Assembly: GCA_964588465.1 (NCBI GenBank)
Contig: CAZPPL010000003.1
Location: 40,545-104,544 of the forward strand
DNA: 64,000 nt
Origin: an uncultured Gammaproteobacteria bacterium
Lineage (GTDB): Bacteria; Patescibacteriota; Patescibacteriia; Patescibacteriales; UBA12465
Direction: 5' to 3'
The notes beneath the pieces are model-generated. The model had not been told where the DNA came from. It made no database searches and saw nothing but the letters and a program-made list of their open reading frames with translations. Both the position numbers and the translations under genes were made by a program. The first letter of the stretch is position 1; every line of letters starts with the position of its first letter. Positions 29,134 to 39,046 of this stretch are shown here, piece by piece.

Positions 29134-31821
29134 TTGAATATGGATATTAATAAGTTGATTTTTACCGACGAGCAAAGCCGAGGCGGTCGGGGCGCCTGGT
29201 TTTTAGGACGTTTCTTATTCTGGGGCCAAACTTTAAAAAGGTCTGTGATTAGAATAGAAAAGAGTAAAGAAAGAATTGATCATTTTTTAACCTTTTTAAT
29301 TTGGTTTTTTATTTTTGTTGGTTGGTTTCTATTTGGAGTATGGTTATTCCGTCACCACGTGGCTATAAGCGCTGATCCTTATAGTTTATTATTTTTCTGG
29401 AGGAGGTTCAATCCCTTAATTCTAGGTTTCCTATTATCTTTATGGTTTGATCTGTTTGTTATTTATCGAGCTAGTCAAGCTAAAATAGCTATAAAGAAAA
29501 TTAATTATCATTTGTTTGATAATAAGACTAAGCTTACTAGTAGAACTAAAAAAAAATATAACGTTGCCATAGCTTATTCTGCTGTTAGTTTACGGGCAAT
29601 TCAAGATGCTTATTTATTAGCTAGTCGTTTACATCAAAAACAGGTAGAAACTATTCATTTATTTAGAGTCTTATTAAAAATTCCCGAAATTCAAAATTTA
29701 TTTATACGTTTAAACGTGGATGCTAAGAAATTGGTTAATTTGCTTGACTCTCATTTAATTAAGCCAGGAGTTTCTAAGACCACTGGTCATATTAGCTTAG
29801 CACCCATCTTGGAAGAAGTCTTAATTTTAGCTTTTACCGACGCTTATAATCTAAAACAGAATAGTGTTGATCCCTTAAATATTATTTCTTTTTGCTATAA
29901 TCATGATTCCATCCTTTCAGATATCTTGTATGATTTAAAAATTGATCAAGCAAAAATTGTTAACACCGTAGCTTGGTTTAGGGTTAATAGAAAATTAATT
30001 GAGAATTATCATAATTATAGACGATTGGCCATTTTAAAGCCTAGTAATAATATGAATCGGGCTTATACGGCAATTGCTACTCCTACTCTTGATCATTTTT
30101 CTCGTGATTTAACGGTGGTGGCTAAAAGTGGATCTTTAGATATCTGTGTCGGACGAGATCAAGAGATTGAAAATATTTTTGAAGCCTTTATGGGAGGGCA
30201 TAATGGAGTTTTGTTGGTAGGAGCTACTGGAGTGGGGCGGAATACTATTGTGGGAGGACTAGCTCAGTTAATGGTGGAGGAAAATGTTCCTGCTTTTTTA
30301 AGAGACAAACGCTTGGTAGAGTTAGATGTTCCTAGACTTATAGCTGGAGCTAATGCTAGTCAAGCAGAAGAGCGACTGCTCAGGAGTTTAAATGAAATTA
30401 GCCGATCTGGTAATATCATATTATATATTAATAATATTGAGAATCTTATTGGTATTAGTTCAGGGCAAGAAGAAAGTTTAGATCTTTCCGAAGTGTTGGC
30501 TGAAGCTCTTAGTCATAGGAATCTATATTGCTTGGCGGCTGCTACCACCAGAAATTATACTCGTTATATTGAAAATAAACCCTTAGGCAATACTATGACC
30601 ACCATCGGGGTGAAAGAACCAGATATTAATAATGCTATTCAAATATTGGAGAGTAAGGTGGGAGTTTTAGAGACTAAGTATAATGTTTATATAGTATATG
30701 GTGCTCTAGAGGCGGCGGTAGTAATGTCTTCTCGTTATTTACATGATAAATTTTTACCGCTTAAAGCTATTAGTTTACTAGAAAAAGCTGCTATTGTAAC
30801 TGCAGCCAAAACAAAAAATAATCCCACTACTGTTCTTTGTGGTCGCGAAGAAGTGGCTGCGGCCATTAGTGAGCTAACTGGCATTCCACTTAGTAAAGTT
30901 ACTGTGTCGGAGCGTAAAAAATTATTAAATTTAGAAAGTGAAATTCATCGTCGTTTAATTGGTCAAAATGAAGCAGTCAATGCCGTATCGGCTGCTTTAC
31001 GGCGTTCGCGTGCCGAGCTTAGAGACAGCAAGCGGCCCATTGCTAGTTTCTTATTCTTAGGTCCTACTGGGGTAGGGAAAACTGAATTAGCTAAAACTAT
31101 TAGTGAAGTCTATTTTGGTGATGAAAATTATTTAATACGTTTAGATATGAGTGAATATCAATCTCCTGATAGTGTGCGTAAGATGATTGGTGATGTTGAT
31201 GGTACTCTAGGCTATTTAACTGAAGCGGTACGCACCAAACCTTTTGCTTTAGTGCTTTTAGATGAAATTGAGAAAGCTAATCCCGATATTTTAAATTTAT
31301 TTTTGCAACTTTTAGATGATGGTCGGTTAACTGATGGGCAGGGTCGTACGATAAGTTTTTCAGAGTCTATTATTATTGCCACTTCCAATATTGGAGCAAT
31401 TTATATTCAAGAACAGATTAAGGCTAAGACCGCGATTAATTTAATTCAACAAGAATTAGTGGATAACCGGCTCAATAAATATATGCGACCAGAGTTGATC
31501 AATCGTTTTGATGGAATTATTGTCTTTAGACCTCTAAGTGAAGAAAATATTTTTGCCGTAACCACTCTAATGCTTAAAAAAATTAAAAAGAATCTAGCTC
31601 GTAAGGGTATTGGACTAAAAGCTGATAAAGATGGGGTAAGTATCTTGGCACAAGAAGGTTATGATCCTAAATTTGGAGCTCGTCCTTTGCGACGTTTATT
31701 GCAAAGTAAAGTAGAGGATATTATTGCTAATAAGATTTTAGCTGGAGATTTGAAACGTCGTGATACCGTAGTTATTAATGCTCAGGCAAAAATTGAGATT
31801 AATAAGGCTATCAAGCTATAA
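29134..31821 (+). CDS. Membrane-anchored Clp/Hsp100-family AAA+ ATPase with degenerate first nucleotide-binding module
   Basis: The N-terminal ~110 aa contain TM helices (FLTFLIWFFIFVGWFLFGVWLF; LILGFLLSLWFDLFVIY), followed by Clp_N-like repeats. D1 reads GATGVGRNT / ILYINNIENL; D2 is canonical ([12 protein letters not shown] / LVLLDEIEKA). The track start is TTG at 29134; ATG at 29140 is an alternative. Confidence 0.85.
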   Translation: MNMDINKLIFTDEQSRGGRGAWFLGRFLFWGQTLKRSVIRIEKSKERIDHFLTFLIWFFIFVGWFLFGVWLFRHHVAISADPYSLLFFWRRFNPLILGFLLSLWFDLFVIYRASQAKIAIKKINYHLFDNKTKLTSRTKKKYNVAIAYSAVSLRAIQDAYLLASRLHQKQVETIHLFRVLLKIPEIQNLFIRLNVDAKKLVNLLDSHLIKPGVSKTTGHISLAPILEEVLILAFTDAYNLKQNSVDPLNIISFCYNHDSILSDILYDLKIDQAKIVNTVAWFRVNRKLIENYHNYRRLAILKPSNNMNRAYTAIATPTLDHFSRDLTVVAKSGSLDICVGRDQEIENIFEAFMGGHNGVLLVGATGVGRNTIVGGLAQLMVEENVPAFLRDKRLVELDVPRLIAGANASQAEERLLRSLNEISRSGNIILYINNIENLIGISSGQEESLDLSEVLAEALSHRNLYCLAAATTRNYTRYIENKPLGNTMTTIGVKEPDINNAIQILESKVGVLETKYNVYIVYGALEAAVVMSSRYLHDKFLPLKAISLLEKAAIVTAAKTKNNPTTVLCGREEVAAAISELTGIPLSKVTVSERKKLLNLESEIHRRLIGQNEAVNAVSAALRRSRAELRDSKRPIASFLFLGPTGVGKTELAKTISEVYFGDENYLIRLDMSEYQSPDSVRKMIGDVDGTLGYLTEAVRTKPFALVLLDEIEKANPDILNLFLQLLDDGRLTDGQGRTISFSESIIIATSNIGAIYIQEQIKAKTAINLIQQELVDNRLNKYMRPELINRFDGIIVFRPLSEENIFAVTTLMLKKIKKNLARKGIGLKADKDGVSILAQEGYDPKFGARPLRRLLQSKVEDIIANKILAGDLKRRDTVVINAQAKIEINKAIKL

Positions 31822-31824
31822 ATT

Positions 31825-32877
31825 ATGTTTTATTTTTTAATATTTTTATTGTCTTTACTTGCCACAATAGTTTTTACTATAATTGTTAAACGTTGGGCAC
31901 TATATTTTAAAATTATTGATGAGCCTGATAAGCGCTCTCAGTCTGAAGGTAGAAAAATTCATACTCTTCCCACTCCACTTTTAGGCGGTTTGGCTATTTT
32001 TTTGGCTTATTTTTTATTTTTATTTATTTTTCATCGGCAATTTTTATCTGGTAATTTGCACTGGAGCCATTTGATAGGATTTTTCATAGGAGCTTTAATT
32101 ATTACCATCGGTGGCGTCTTGGATGATAAATATAATCTATCTCCTCAACGACAAATTATTTTTCCTTTATTGGCTAGTCTAGCGGTTATTTGGGGTGGGG
32201 TTAATATTGCTAGGCTGACCGATCCTTTCGGGGGTTTCATAAATTTACAAACTATTGGATTTATTTCTCCCGTACTGATTATTTTGTGGTTGTTAGGTAT
32301 GATGTATACCACTAAATTATTAGATGGTGTGGATGGTTTAGTTCCAGGAATTAGTGCTATTGGTGGTTTTATTATTTTTTTATTTACTCTGACCACTCGT
32401 TATTATCAACCCGATATTGCTTTTGCTGCCATACTACTCACTGGAGTTTGTCTAGGATTTTTAGTTTTTAATTGGCATCCTGCTAAAATATTCTTAGGAG
32501 AGGGGGGGTCCTTATTACTAGGCTATATTCTAGGAGTGTTAGCTATTATTTCTGGAGGTAAAATAGCTATTGCCCTGCTTATTATGGGTATCCCCATTTT
32601 AGATGTAATTTGGATCATTGCTCGGCGTTTATGGCAAGGTAAAAATCCTTTTAAATTCGCTGATCGTCAGCATTTACATCATCGTTTGTTGTCCCTGGGC
32701 TTAGGCCAGAGAAGTACGGTATTAATTTTTTATTTTTTAGCCTTTGCCTTTGGTCTTAGCGGTTTATTTCTGCAAAGTCATGGAAAATTTTTAGCCTTAT
32801 TGATTTTACTCGCTATTATGTTGCTGGTAGTTATTGGTTTTTGGTATTTAGATTATAGGAAAAAACTAGAAAATTAA
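31825..32877 (+). CDS. Polyprenyl-phosphate N-acetylhexosamine-1-phosphate transferase (MraY/WecA family, GT4)
   Basis: ~10 TM helices, DDKYNLSP, and TTKLLDGVDGL matching the NxxDGxDGL motif. Confidence 0.85.
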   Translation: MFYFLIFLLSLLATIVFTIIVKRWALYFKIIDEPDKRSQSEGRKIHTLPTPLLGGLAIFLAYFLFLFIFHRQFLSGNLHWSHLIGFFIGALIITIGGVLDDKYNLSPQRQIIFPLLASLAVIWGGVNIARLTDPFGGFINLQTIGFISPVLIILWLLGMMYTTKLLDGVDGLVPGISAIGGFIIFLFTLTTRYYQPDIAFAAILLTGVCLGFLVFNWHPAKIFLGEGGSLLLGYILGVLAIISGGKIAIALLIMGIPILDVIWIIARRLWQGKNPFKFADRQHLHHRLLSLGLGQRSTVLIFYFLAFAFGLSGLFLQSHGKFLALLILLAIMLLVVIGFWYLDYRKKLEN

Positions 32878-32881
32878 TTAT

Positions 32882-33439
32882 ATGAAAAAATTACTTTTAC
32901 AAATATGTTGTGCTCCTTGCGGAACTTATATTAGCCGAGATCGTTTAAGTCCCCGTTACGATTTAACTTGGTACTTCTGTAATCCTAATCTAGTTTCTAG
33001 AGAAGAATATGAAAAACGTTTAGCGACGGTAAAATTAATGGCGGAAAAATTTAATTTTGCTCTAATTATTGAACCCTATAATCATGGTCCTTGGTCAGGA
33101 CTTACTTGTGGGCGAGCTTCTGACCCAGAGCGGGGTGAGCGTTGTAGAATTTGTTATCAAGATCGTTTATTAAAGACTGTAACTCTCGCTCGAGATAAAA
33201 AGTTTGATATTTTTGGTACCACCTTGCTAGTCAGTCCCTATAAAGATAGTCTAGCAATCAATCGGATCGGACAAGCTTTAGCTCAAAAGTATAATTTGCC
33301 GTTTTTAGCTGAAGATTTTCAAGCTGATAATGGCTATCGCCAATCGCAAGAATTGGCTAAAAAGTTAGGACTTTATAGACAAAGATTTTGTGGTTGTGAA
33401 TATTCATTATATCCAGAATTAGTAGTTTCTAAAGCATAA
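32882..33439 (+). CDS. queH: Epoxyqueuosine reductase QueH (DUF208)
   Basis: LLLQICCAPCGTY N-terminal Cys cluster and C-terminal RQRFCGCEYS, typical of QueH. Confidence 0.82.
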   Translation: MKKLLLQICCAPCGTYISRDRLSPRYDLTWYFCNPNLVSREEYEKRLATVKLMAEKFNFALIIEPYNHGPWSGLTCGRASDPERGERCRICYQDRLLKTVTLARDKKFDIFGTTLLVSPYKDSLAINRIGQALAQKYNLPFLAEDFQADNGYRQSQELAKKLGLYRQRFCGCEYSLYPELVVSKA

Positions 33440-33440
33440 T

Positions 33441-33459
33441 CCTAAATTAAATTTTTAGG
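33441..33459 (+). terminator. Possible terminator hairpin after queH
   Basis: CCTAAA-N7-TTTAGG followed by a T-rich tract. Confidence 0.4.
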
Positions 33460-33541
33460 TATTTAGTTTTATCGGGTTATAGAATAAAGTAGATTTATGA
33501 TATAATTAATTTAAGGAGATAAATATAGATTCCTAGATTTT

Positions 33542-35872
33542 ATGTTAAAAAAGTTTTTTAAGCTATCTTTATTATTAGTGGCTGTAGTTTTACTCACTAG
33601 TGCTTGTACTTTAGCTATACCTAAAAAAGTTGAGCCAATAAGAAAAACCAACCTAGCCTCCAATACTAAGTTAATAGTACCTATGGTTAGTAAAGAAAAA
33701 ACAATTTATACTAATAAATTAGAAAAATTCAAAGATTATTCAGGTTTAGTACAATTCTTAAGTAAATTAAATCCAAATAATAATTTTATTTCTTCAAACT
33801 ATAGTGCCCTCTTAGCTACTAAAGCCGACTCAAACAATGTAATTAATAATTATATTGGATTAAGTCCTGCTGCCCAGCTTATTGCTAATAAATATAAACC
33901 TAATATTATAGAGCTTAGTGGCGATTATATTTATGTTTTAGCTCATAATGAGTTGTCAATTATTAAGATAGCTCCAGCCAATAAATCAGTTATAGTGAGC
34001 AAGATTACTTTTAAATCTAGACCACAAGCGATGTTGTTATTTGGTGATTCTTTAGCAGTCTATGGCCTTGATAATCAACTAGTCAATCAAACTCTATACC
34101 AAACTTTCCGCAGGAAAAATGTTTATACTTTTTTGAAAGTATTTAATATTAGCGATCCGACTAATCCTCGGTTGACTCGTGACTTAGATTTTGAAGGTAG
34201 TTACCTCAGTGCCCGTTTATTAGGTGATCAACTCTATTTTATAACTGCTGCTCCTGGTATCTATTTAACTGGTGAGTCTCCGATTCCTAGAGTTATAGAT
34301 AACGGTCAAGTTCTAGCTGCTCGTTGTGATGGGGCTACTAAATGTTTTGTTCCTAAAGTATATTATTTTGATATTCCTTATAATTCTTATCATTTTGTTA
34401 GTGTAAATGTTATTAATCTAAAAAATAGTGCGGTAGCTTTAACTGGACAAGTATATTTAGTGAGTCCGCAGCAGTATTTTTATCTAAGTCCTAATGGTCT
34501 AGATATTATTTATTCCCCTTTACCTAATTATTATAATTTAGAACAAGAAGTTAAGGAAACTTTATTTTATCCTAAATTAAGTCCAAGCCAGAAGAGCAAA
34601 ATTAACATTATTAGAACTACTTCTAAATTAATTTTGAATAAGTATGAGAAGAAAACTAAAATAGCGGAGATTATCAATAATTATTTAGCTCTACTAGGGT
34701 CCAAAGAGCAAAAAATTTGGCAGACTACCATTACTAGTAGTACTAAACAAAAATTAATTACCGCTAGGAAATCTTTAAATAGAACCTTTATTTATAAATG
34801 GGGGATTAAGGATAATCAATTGACTTATCAAGCTTTTGGACAAATTTGGGGAAATATTCTAGATCCTTCTGCTCTGGACCAAGATGGCGATTACCTACGG
34901 ATAGTAACTACTAGTAGCCCAGCTGCTTTAAACCTAAGTAATACTGGTGGTAAGCATTATACTAGCGTTTATATACTTGGTCCGAATTTAAAAATAATTG
35001 GCCGTTTACAGAATCTAATGACTATTGAAAAGATTAGCGCCATTCGTTTTCTAGGTGATCGTTTATATCTTATTACTCCCAAGTCTACCGATCCTTTATT
35101 TGTAATCAATTTGAACAATCCAGTTAAACCTGTGGTATTAGGGGCAATACAGATTCCTGGTTTAGTTAATTATTTACAACCGCTTAATTCTAATGGTACT
35201 AAATTTATCGTTTTAAGTGGTAATGGAAAAGTGTCCTATAATAATGGAAGTACTGCTCAAGGACTAACTTGGTCTTTATTTGATTTTAGTAATTTAGCTA
35301 AGCCCCAAGAATTATCTAGTTATTTAATTAGTAATTTGAGTGGTAGTTCTATGGCTCTACAGGATCATAATACTTTTTTCTACTCAGCCGATGATAATTT
35401 ATTATCTCTTCCGGTAACTCTGCGTGATAAAGGGCGTCTCAGTTTTACTGGGGCCCTAGTGTTTAAAATAACTAATAATCAGATTAGTTTACAAGGGAGG
35501 GTTGATCATTCCCAAGGAGCCTATTTTAGCCCTGCCGATTATTGGAATGGTTTTAATTATTATAATGATACCGTTCTGCGTAGTCTAGTGGCCAGTAATG
35601 AATTAGTTACTTTCTCTAATAAGTTTTTAAAAATTAATAGTTTGCCGAGTCTAAAGGTCATAGCTAGTCAAGAATTAACAACTGCTGGAGATGATTATAT
35701 TATTAGACCTATTAAGATTGGAACTACAGCATCTTCTAGCGCTTCTTCAAGCTCAAGATTCTCTACCACTACTCTAGGTAATATTAGTGCTAGTACTAGT
35801 TCATCTACTATCAAGTCTTCTCCACCCATTTCTAGCACTACCACTTATCAGACTAACTCTAGCAAACCTTAA
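33542..35872 (+). CDS. Secreted (possible lipoprotein) beta-propeller-domain protein with Ser/Thr-rich C-terminal tail
   Basis: Signal peptide with ...LLTSAC. Segments VFNISDPTNPRLT...YLSARLLGDQLYFIT and DPLFVINLNNPVKPVVLGAIQIPGLVNYLQP are typical of the secreted 'beta propeller domain' family. The last ~55 aa are S/T-rich low complexity. Confidence 0.72.
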   Translation: MLKKFFKLSLLLVAVVLLTSACTLAIPKKVEPIRKTNLASNTKLIVPMVSKEKTIYTNKLEKFKDYSGLVQFLSKLNPNNNFISSNYSALLATKADSNNVINNYIGLSPAAQLIANKYKPNIIELSGDYIYVLAHNELSIIKIAPANKSVIVSKITFKSRPQAMLLFGDSLAVYGLDNQLVNQTLYQTFRRKNVYTFLKVFNISDPTNPRLTRDLDFEGSYLSARLLGDQLYFITAAPGIYLTGESPIPRVIDNGQVLAARCDGATKCFVPKVYYFDIPYNSYHFVSVNVINLKNSAVALTGQVYLVSPQQYFYLSPNGLDIIYSPLPNYYNLEQEVKETLFYPKLSPSQKSKINIIRTTSKLILNKYEKKTKIAEIINNYLALLGSKEQKIWQTTITSSTKQKLITARKSLNRTFIYKWGIKDNQLTYQAFGQIWGNILDPSALDQDGDYLRIVTTSSPAALNLSNTGGKHYTSVYILGPNLKIIGRLQNLMTIEKISAIRFLGDRLYLITPKSTDPLFVINLNNPVKPVVLGAIQIPGLVNYLQPLNSNGTKFIVLSGNGKVSYNNGSTAQGLTWSLFDFSNLAKPQELSSYLISNLSGSSMALQDHNTFFYSADDNLLSLPVTLRDKGRLSFTGALVFKITNNQISLQGRVDHSQGAYFSPADYWNGFNYYNDTVLRSLVASNELVTFSNKFLKINSLPSLKVIASQELTTAGDDYIIRPIKIGTTASSSASSSSRFSTTTLGNISASTSSSTIKSSPPISSTTTYQTNSSKP

Positions 35873-35884
35873 TTATTTTTTATT

Positions 35885-36655
35885 ATGAAATATAAATCCT
35901 TTATCTTTGTACTCATCCCCGTAGTTATTTGGCTATTAGCCGAAGCCTTTTTGATTAGACCTAGAATTTTTTATTTTATTTTGAGTCTATGTTTGTTATT
36001 AATAGTTCTAAGTATAAAATATATTAATAATAAGCATAAAGAATATTGGCTATTATTTACTATTTTTCCAATTCTATTTTTATTGAGCTTCTTCTTTTAT
36101 GCCGCTATCGTGGTAAGTAATTTTTGGATTCAGTCAATATTTTTATTAGTTATTGTCTTTATCTTTTTATATTTACGTGATTTTTATTATTATTCTATTC
36201 AACTTGAGCACAGCCAAGCAGAATTGAAATGGCTAACTAAATTAGATAATTTGTTAATTTCTGGAAGTTTCCTAATAGCTTTTGCTTCTGCCGCCGTACT
36301 CTTCCGTTTGTCGGCTTTTATTACTTGGCCCATATATATAATGTTACCTATTTGGGCTATAATAGTCTGGCTATTGTTCGTTCAGTTTAAACCCTTAAAG
36401 GTGCCAGGTTCTTGGTCAGTCAGTGGTTTGGCCTTAATCAATACTTTAATTATAACTGAACTTGCTGGGATTTTAGTTTTGCTACCTTTAAATTTTAATA
36501 TTTTAGCTTTATTCTTAGCCATTATTTATTATTTAGGTTTAATGATTATGCGTTTAGCTGAGAGCGATAGCCTCAGTAGTCGGGCTTTGAAGTTGCCCTT
36601 AATTCTAAGCAGTATTGCTATCTTATTTTTATTCTTAACTGCTCGTTGGTTATAA
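35885..36655 (+). CDS. Polytopic membrane protein (about 8 TM), unknown function
   Basis: 256 aa, almost entirely hydrophobic helices. Starts 12 nt after the upstream stop. Confidence 0.6.
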   Translation: MKYKSFIFVLIPVVIWLLAEAFLIRPRIFYFILSLCLLLIVLSIKYINNKHKEYWLLFTIFPILFLLSFFFYAAIVVSNFWIQSIFLLVIVFIFLYLRDFYYYSIQLEHSQAELKWLTKLDNLLISGSFLIAFASAAVLFRLSAFITWPIYIMLPIWAIIVWLLFVQFKPLKVPGSWSVSGLALINTLIITELAGILVLLPLNFNILALFLAIIYYLGLMIMRLAESDSLSSRALKLPLILSSIAILFLFLTARWL

Positions 36656-36670
36656 TTCTATTTATATTTT

Positions 36671-37840
36671 ATGTCTAATCCATCTAAATCAGATCAACAT
36701 TTTTGGACCATAGTGATTATAGCGGTAAGCTGTGGAATTTTCGCTGGTATTTTGGGAGCAATTTTGGCCCGTATTTATATTATTCCAAATTTTTCACCCG
36801 CTTATTATAATGAGGTCAATTTGGCTAATTTAAATGGTAATAATTTAGGTTTCATTATTCGTAATCCGCAGAAAGTGGTAGTCAACCAAGATGTTAAAAC
36901 TACTGAGACTATCAATAATATTAGGCCAGGATTAGTAGGGGTTTTTAAACTTATCAGCACTAGTACTAGCCCAGTAAGCAAGATTAGTGCCCAGAATGCT
37001 CCGAGTTATTACAAATTAGACCACCCTTTATTTATCGGTTTAATTATCACTTCTGATGGTTGGGTGGTAGCTTTGGCCCCTAATGATTTGAAGACTAATT
37101 TTAATCCCCAAAAATATATAGTTATTGGAAATGATCGTCAATCATATAAGATTGATCGGGTGCTTGATTCTGAAAAATCACCTGGGAAATTGCTTCTCAT
37201 TCATTTAGCTGGGGCTAGTAATCTACCAGTTAAAAAAATCGTTTCCCGATCAGACTTAAGTTTAGGACAGAGTTTATTAATTGTTAATGGAGTAGACAGC
37301 GTGTTGCCAACTACGCTAAGTTCATTGGTAAAAACTTCGGGAGTTCTAAGTAGCGATGGTTTAAATGCCACTCTTACCTTAGGTGACGGGACAAACAATC
37401 ATTTTAAGAATTCTCTAGTTTTTAATTTAGCTGGTGATTTAGTGGCAATTATCACCACTAAACAAAAAATTATTCCCGCTTTTTCCTATAAAGCCTCTTG
37501 GTCAGCTTTAACTCAAAAAACTCCAGTTCTCCGACCATTCTTAGGGGTAAACTATTTAGATTTAAGTTTGATCAAAACTAAAGCAACTAATGAAAAACAA
37601 GGAGCTTGGCTATATCCCAGTGCTACCCAACCAGCTGTTTTAAAGAATAGCCCTGCTGGTTTGGCTGGTTTGCAAGCGGGTGATATAATTACTTGGGTTA
37701 ATAATCAAAAAGTTAATGTTCATAATGATTTAGCAGATTTATTAAGTAATTATAAAGCTGGTGATACGGTAACTTTAACCTATCTACGAGCGGGTCAAGA
37801 GAAGTCGGTAAATATAAAATTAGGGGAGTTAAAGCAATAG
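36671..37840 (+). CDS. Membrane-anchored HtrA/S1C-like protein with C-terminal PDZ domain; catalytic triad not recognisable
   Basis: N-terminal TM helix. PDZ segment GAWLY...LKNSPAGLAGLQAGDIITWVNNQKV...TLTYLRAGQEKSVNIKLGE. The protease-like core aligns by eye to DegP, but the His and Asp motifs are absent. Confidence 0.62.
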   Translation: MSNPSKSDQHFWTIVIIAVSCGIFAGILGAILARIYIIPNFSPAYYNEVNLANLNGNNLGFIIRNPQKVVVNQDVKTTETINNIRPGLVGVFKLISTSTSPVSKISAQNAPSYYKLDHPLFIGLIITSDGWVVALAPNDLKTNFNPQKYIVIGNDRQSYKIDRVLDSEKSPGKLLLIHLAGASNLPVKKIVSRSDLSLGQSLLIVNGVDSVLPTTLSSLVKTSGVLSSDGLNATLTLGDGTNNHFKNSLVFNLAGDLVAIITTKQKIIPAFSYKASWSALTQKTPVLRPFLGVNYLDLSLIKTKATNEKQGAWLYPSATQPAVLKNSPAGLAGLQAGDIITWVNNQKVNVHNDLADLLSNYKAGDTVTLTYLRAGQEKSVNIKLGELKQ

Positions 37841-37864
37841 TTTAATATTATTAATATTTATAAG

Positions 37865-39043
37865 ATGCAAATTAAATCTATTAAAAAATTAAAAAGTTTA
37901 CAGGATAAAATTGTTTTTTTAAGAGTGGATTTTAATGTGCCACTTATTCAAGGGAAGATTCAGGAAGATTACAAAATTAAAGCTGGTCTCCAAACTATAG
38001 AATTTTTATTGACTAGAGGGGCAAAGATAGTTATTGCCAGCCATTTAGGTGAACCTAAAAGAAGACTGGCCGGTTATTCACTTAAATTGCTAGTTCCTCG
38101 CTTACGAAGTTTATTAAAACGGCCAGTTAAATTTTTATCTGCAAGTATCGGTAGCAAAACTGAGAAGGTAATAAATAATATGAAATCCGGAGATATTGTG
38201 TTACTAGAAAATTTACGGTTTTATTCTGGAGAGTATAATAATGATTTACAATTTGCCGCTAATTTGGCCAAATTGGCTGATATTTATGTTAATGATGCTT
38301 TCGCGGTTTGTCATCGGGCCCAAGCTTCGCTTGACGCTATTAAACAATTTTTACCCTCCTATGCCGGAATATTGTTAGAGCAAGAGCTCCAAGCTATGGA
38401 TAAAATTTTAAAACCTAAAAAACCTTTGGTGATAATTATGGGGGGGGCAAAACTTAAAACAAAATTACCTTTAATTTTAAAATTATATCCTCTAGCTGAT
38501 TGGATTCTTATCGGCGGAGCTTTAGCTAATAATTTTTTCAAATTTCAGGGTTTGGAAGTAGGACGTTCTTTAGTAGATAATGAGGGACTATTGGTTATTA
38601 AACAACTATTTAAAAAGAACAAGATATTTTCTAAAATTATTTTGCCACGAGATATCACAATTAGGACTAAGCAAGGCAGAGTCCGAGTGCTTAAACCTGG
38701 AGAATTGAAGACTAGTGATTGTATTTTGGATATTGGGCCACTGACAATAAAAGATTTTGCTGTTCGTATTAAAACTGCGGAAACTTTAGTCTGGAACGGA
38801 CCTCTAGGTCGTTTTGAAGAAAAGAGTTTTAAACATGGAACTATCGCTATTGCTACTCTCATCGCTTCCCGTTCTTCGGGGAGGGCCTATGGTTTGGTGG
38901 GAGGTGGAGAAACTGTAGAAGCCTTAAAGTTAACGAAGATGACAGAATACATTGATTGGGTTTCCACTGGGGGTGGAGCAATGCTCACTTATTTAGGGGG
39001 TGGCTCCATGCCAGGATTGAATAAAATAATTACTAATAATTAA
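37865..39043 (+). CDS. pgk: Phosphoglycerate kinase
   Basis: [21 protein letters not shown] and [11 protein letters not shown], the canonical PGK motifs. Confidence 0.95.
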   Translation: MQIKSIKKLKSLQDKIVFLRVDFNVPLIQGKIQEDYKIKAGLQTIEFLLTRGAKIVIASHLGEPKRRLAGYSLKLLVPRLRSLLKRPVKFLSASIGSKTEKVINNMKSGDIVLLENLRFYSGEYNNDLQFAANLAKLADIYVNDAFAVCHRAQASLDAIKQFLPSYAGILLEQELQAMDKILKPKKPLVIIMGGAKLKTKLPLILKLYPLADWILIGGALANNFFKFQGLEVGRSLVDNEGLLVIKQLFKKNKIFSKIILPRDITIRTKQGRVRVLKPGELKTSDCILDIGPLTIKDFAVRIKTAETLVWNGPLGRFEEKSFKHGTIAIATLIASRSSGRAYGLVGGGETVEALKLTKMTEYIDWVSTGGGAMLTYLGGGSMPGLNKIITNN

Positions 39044-39046
39044 TAT

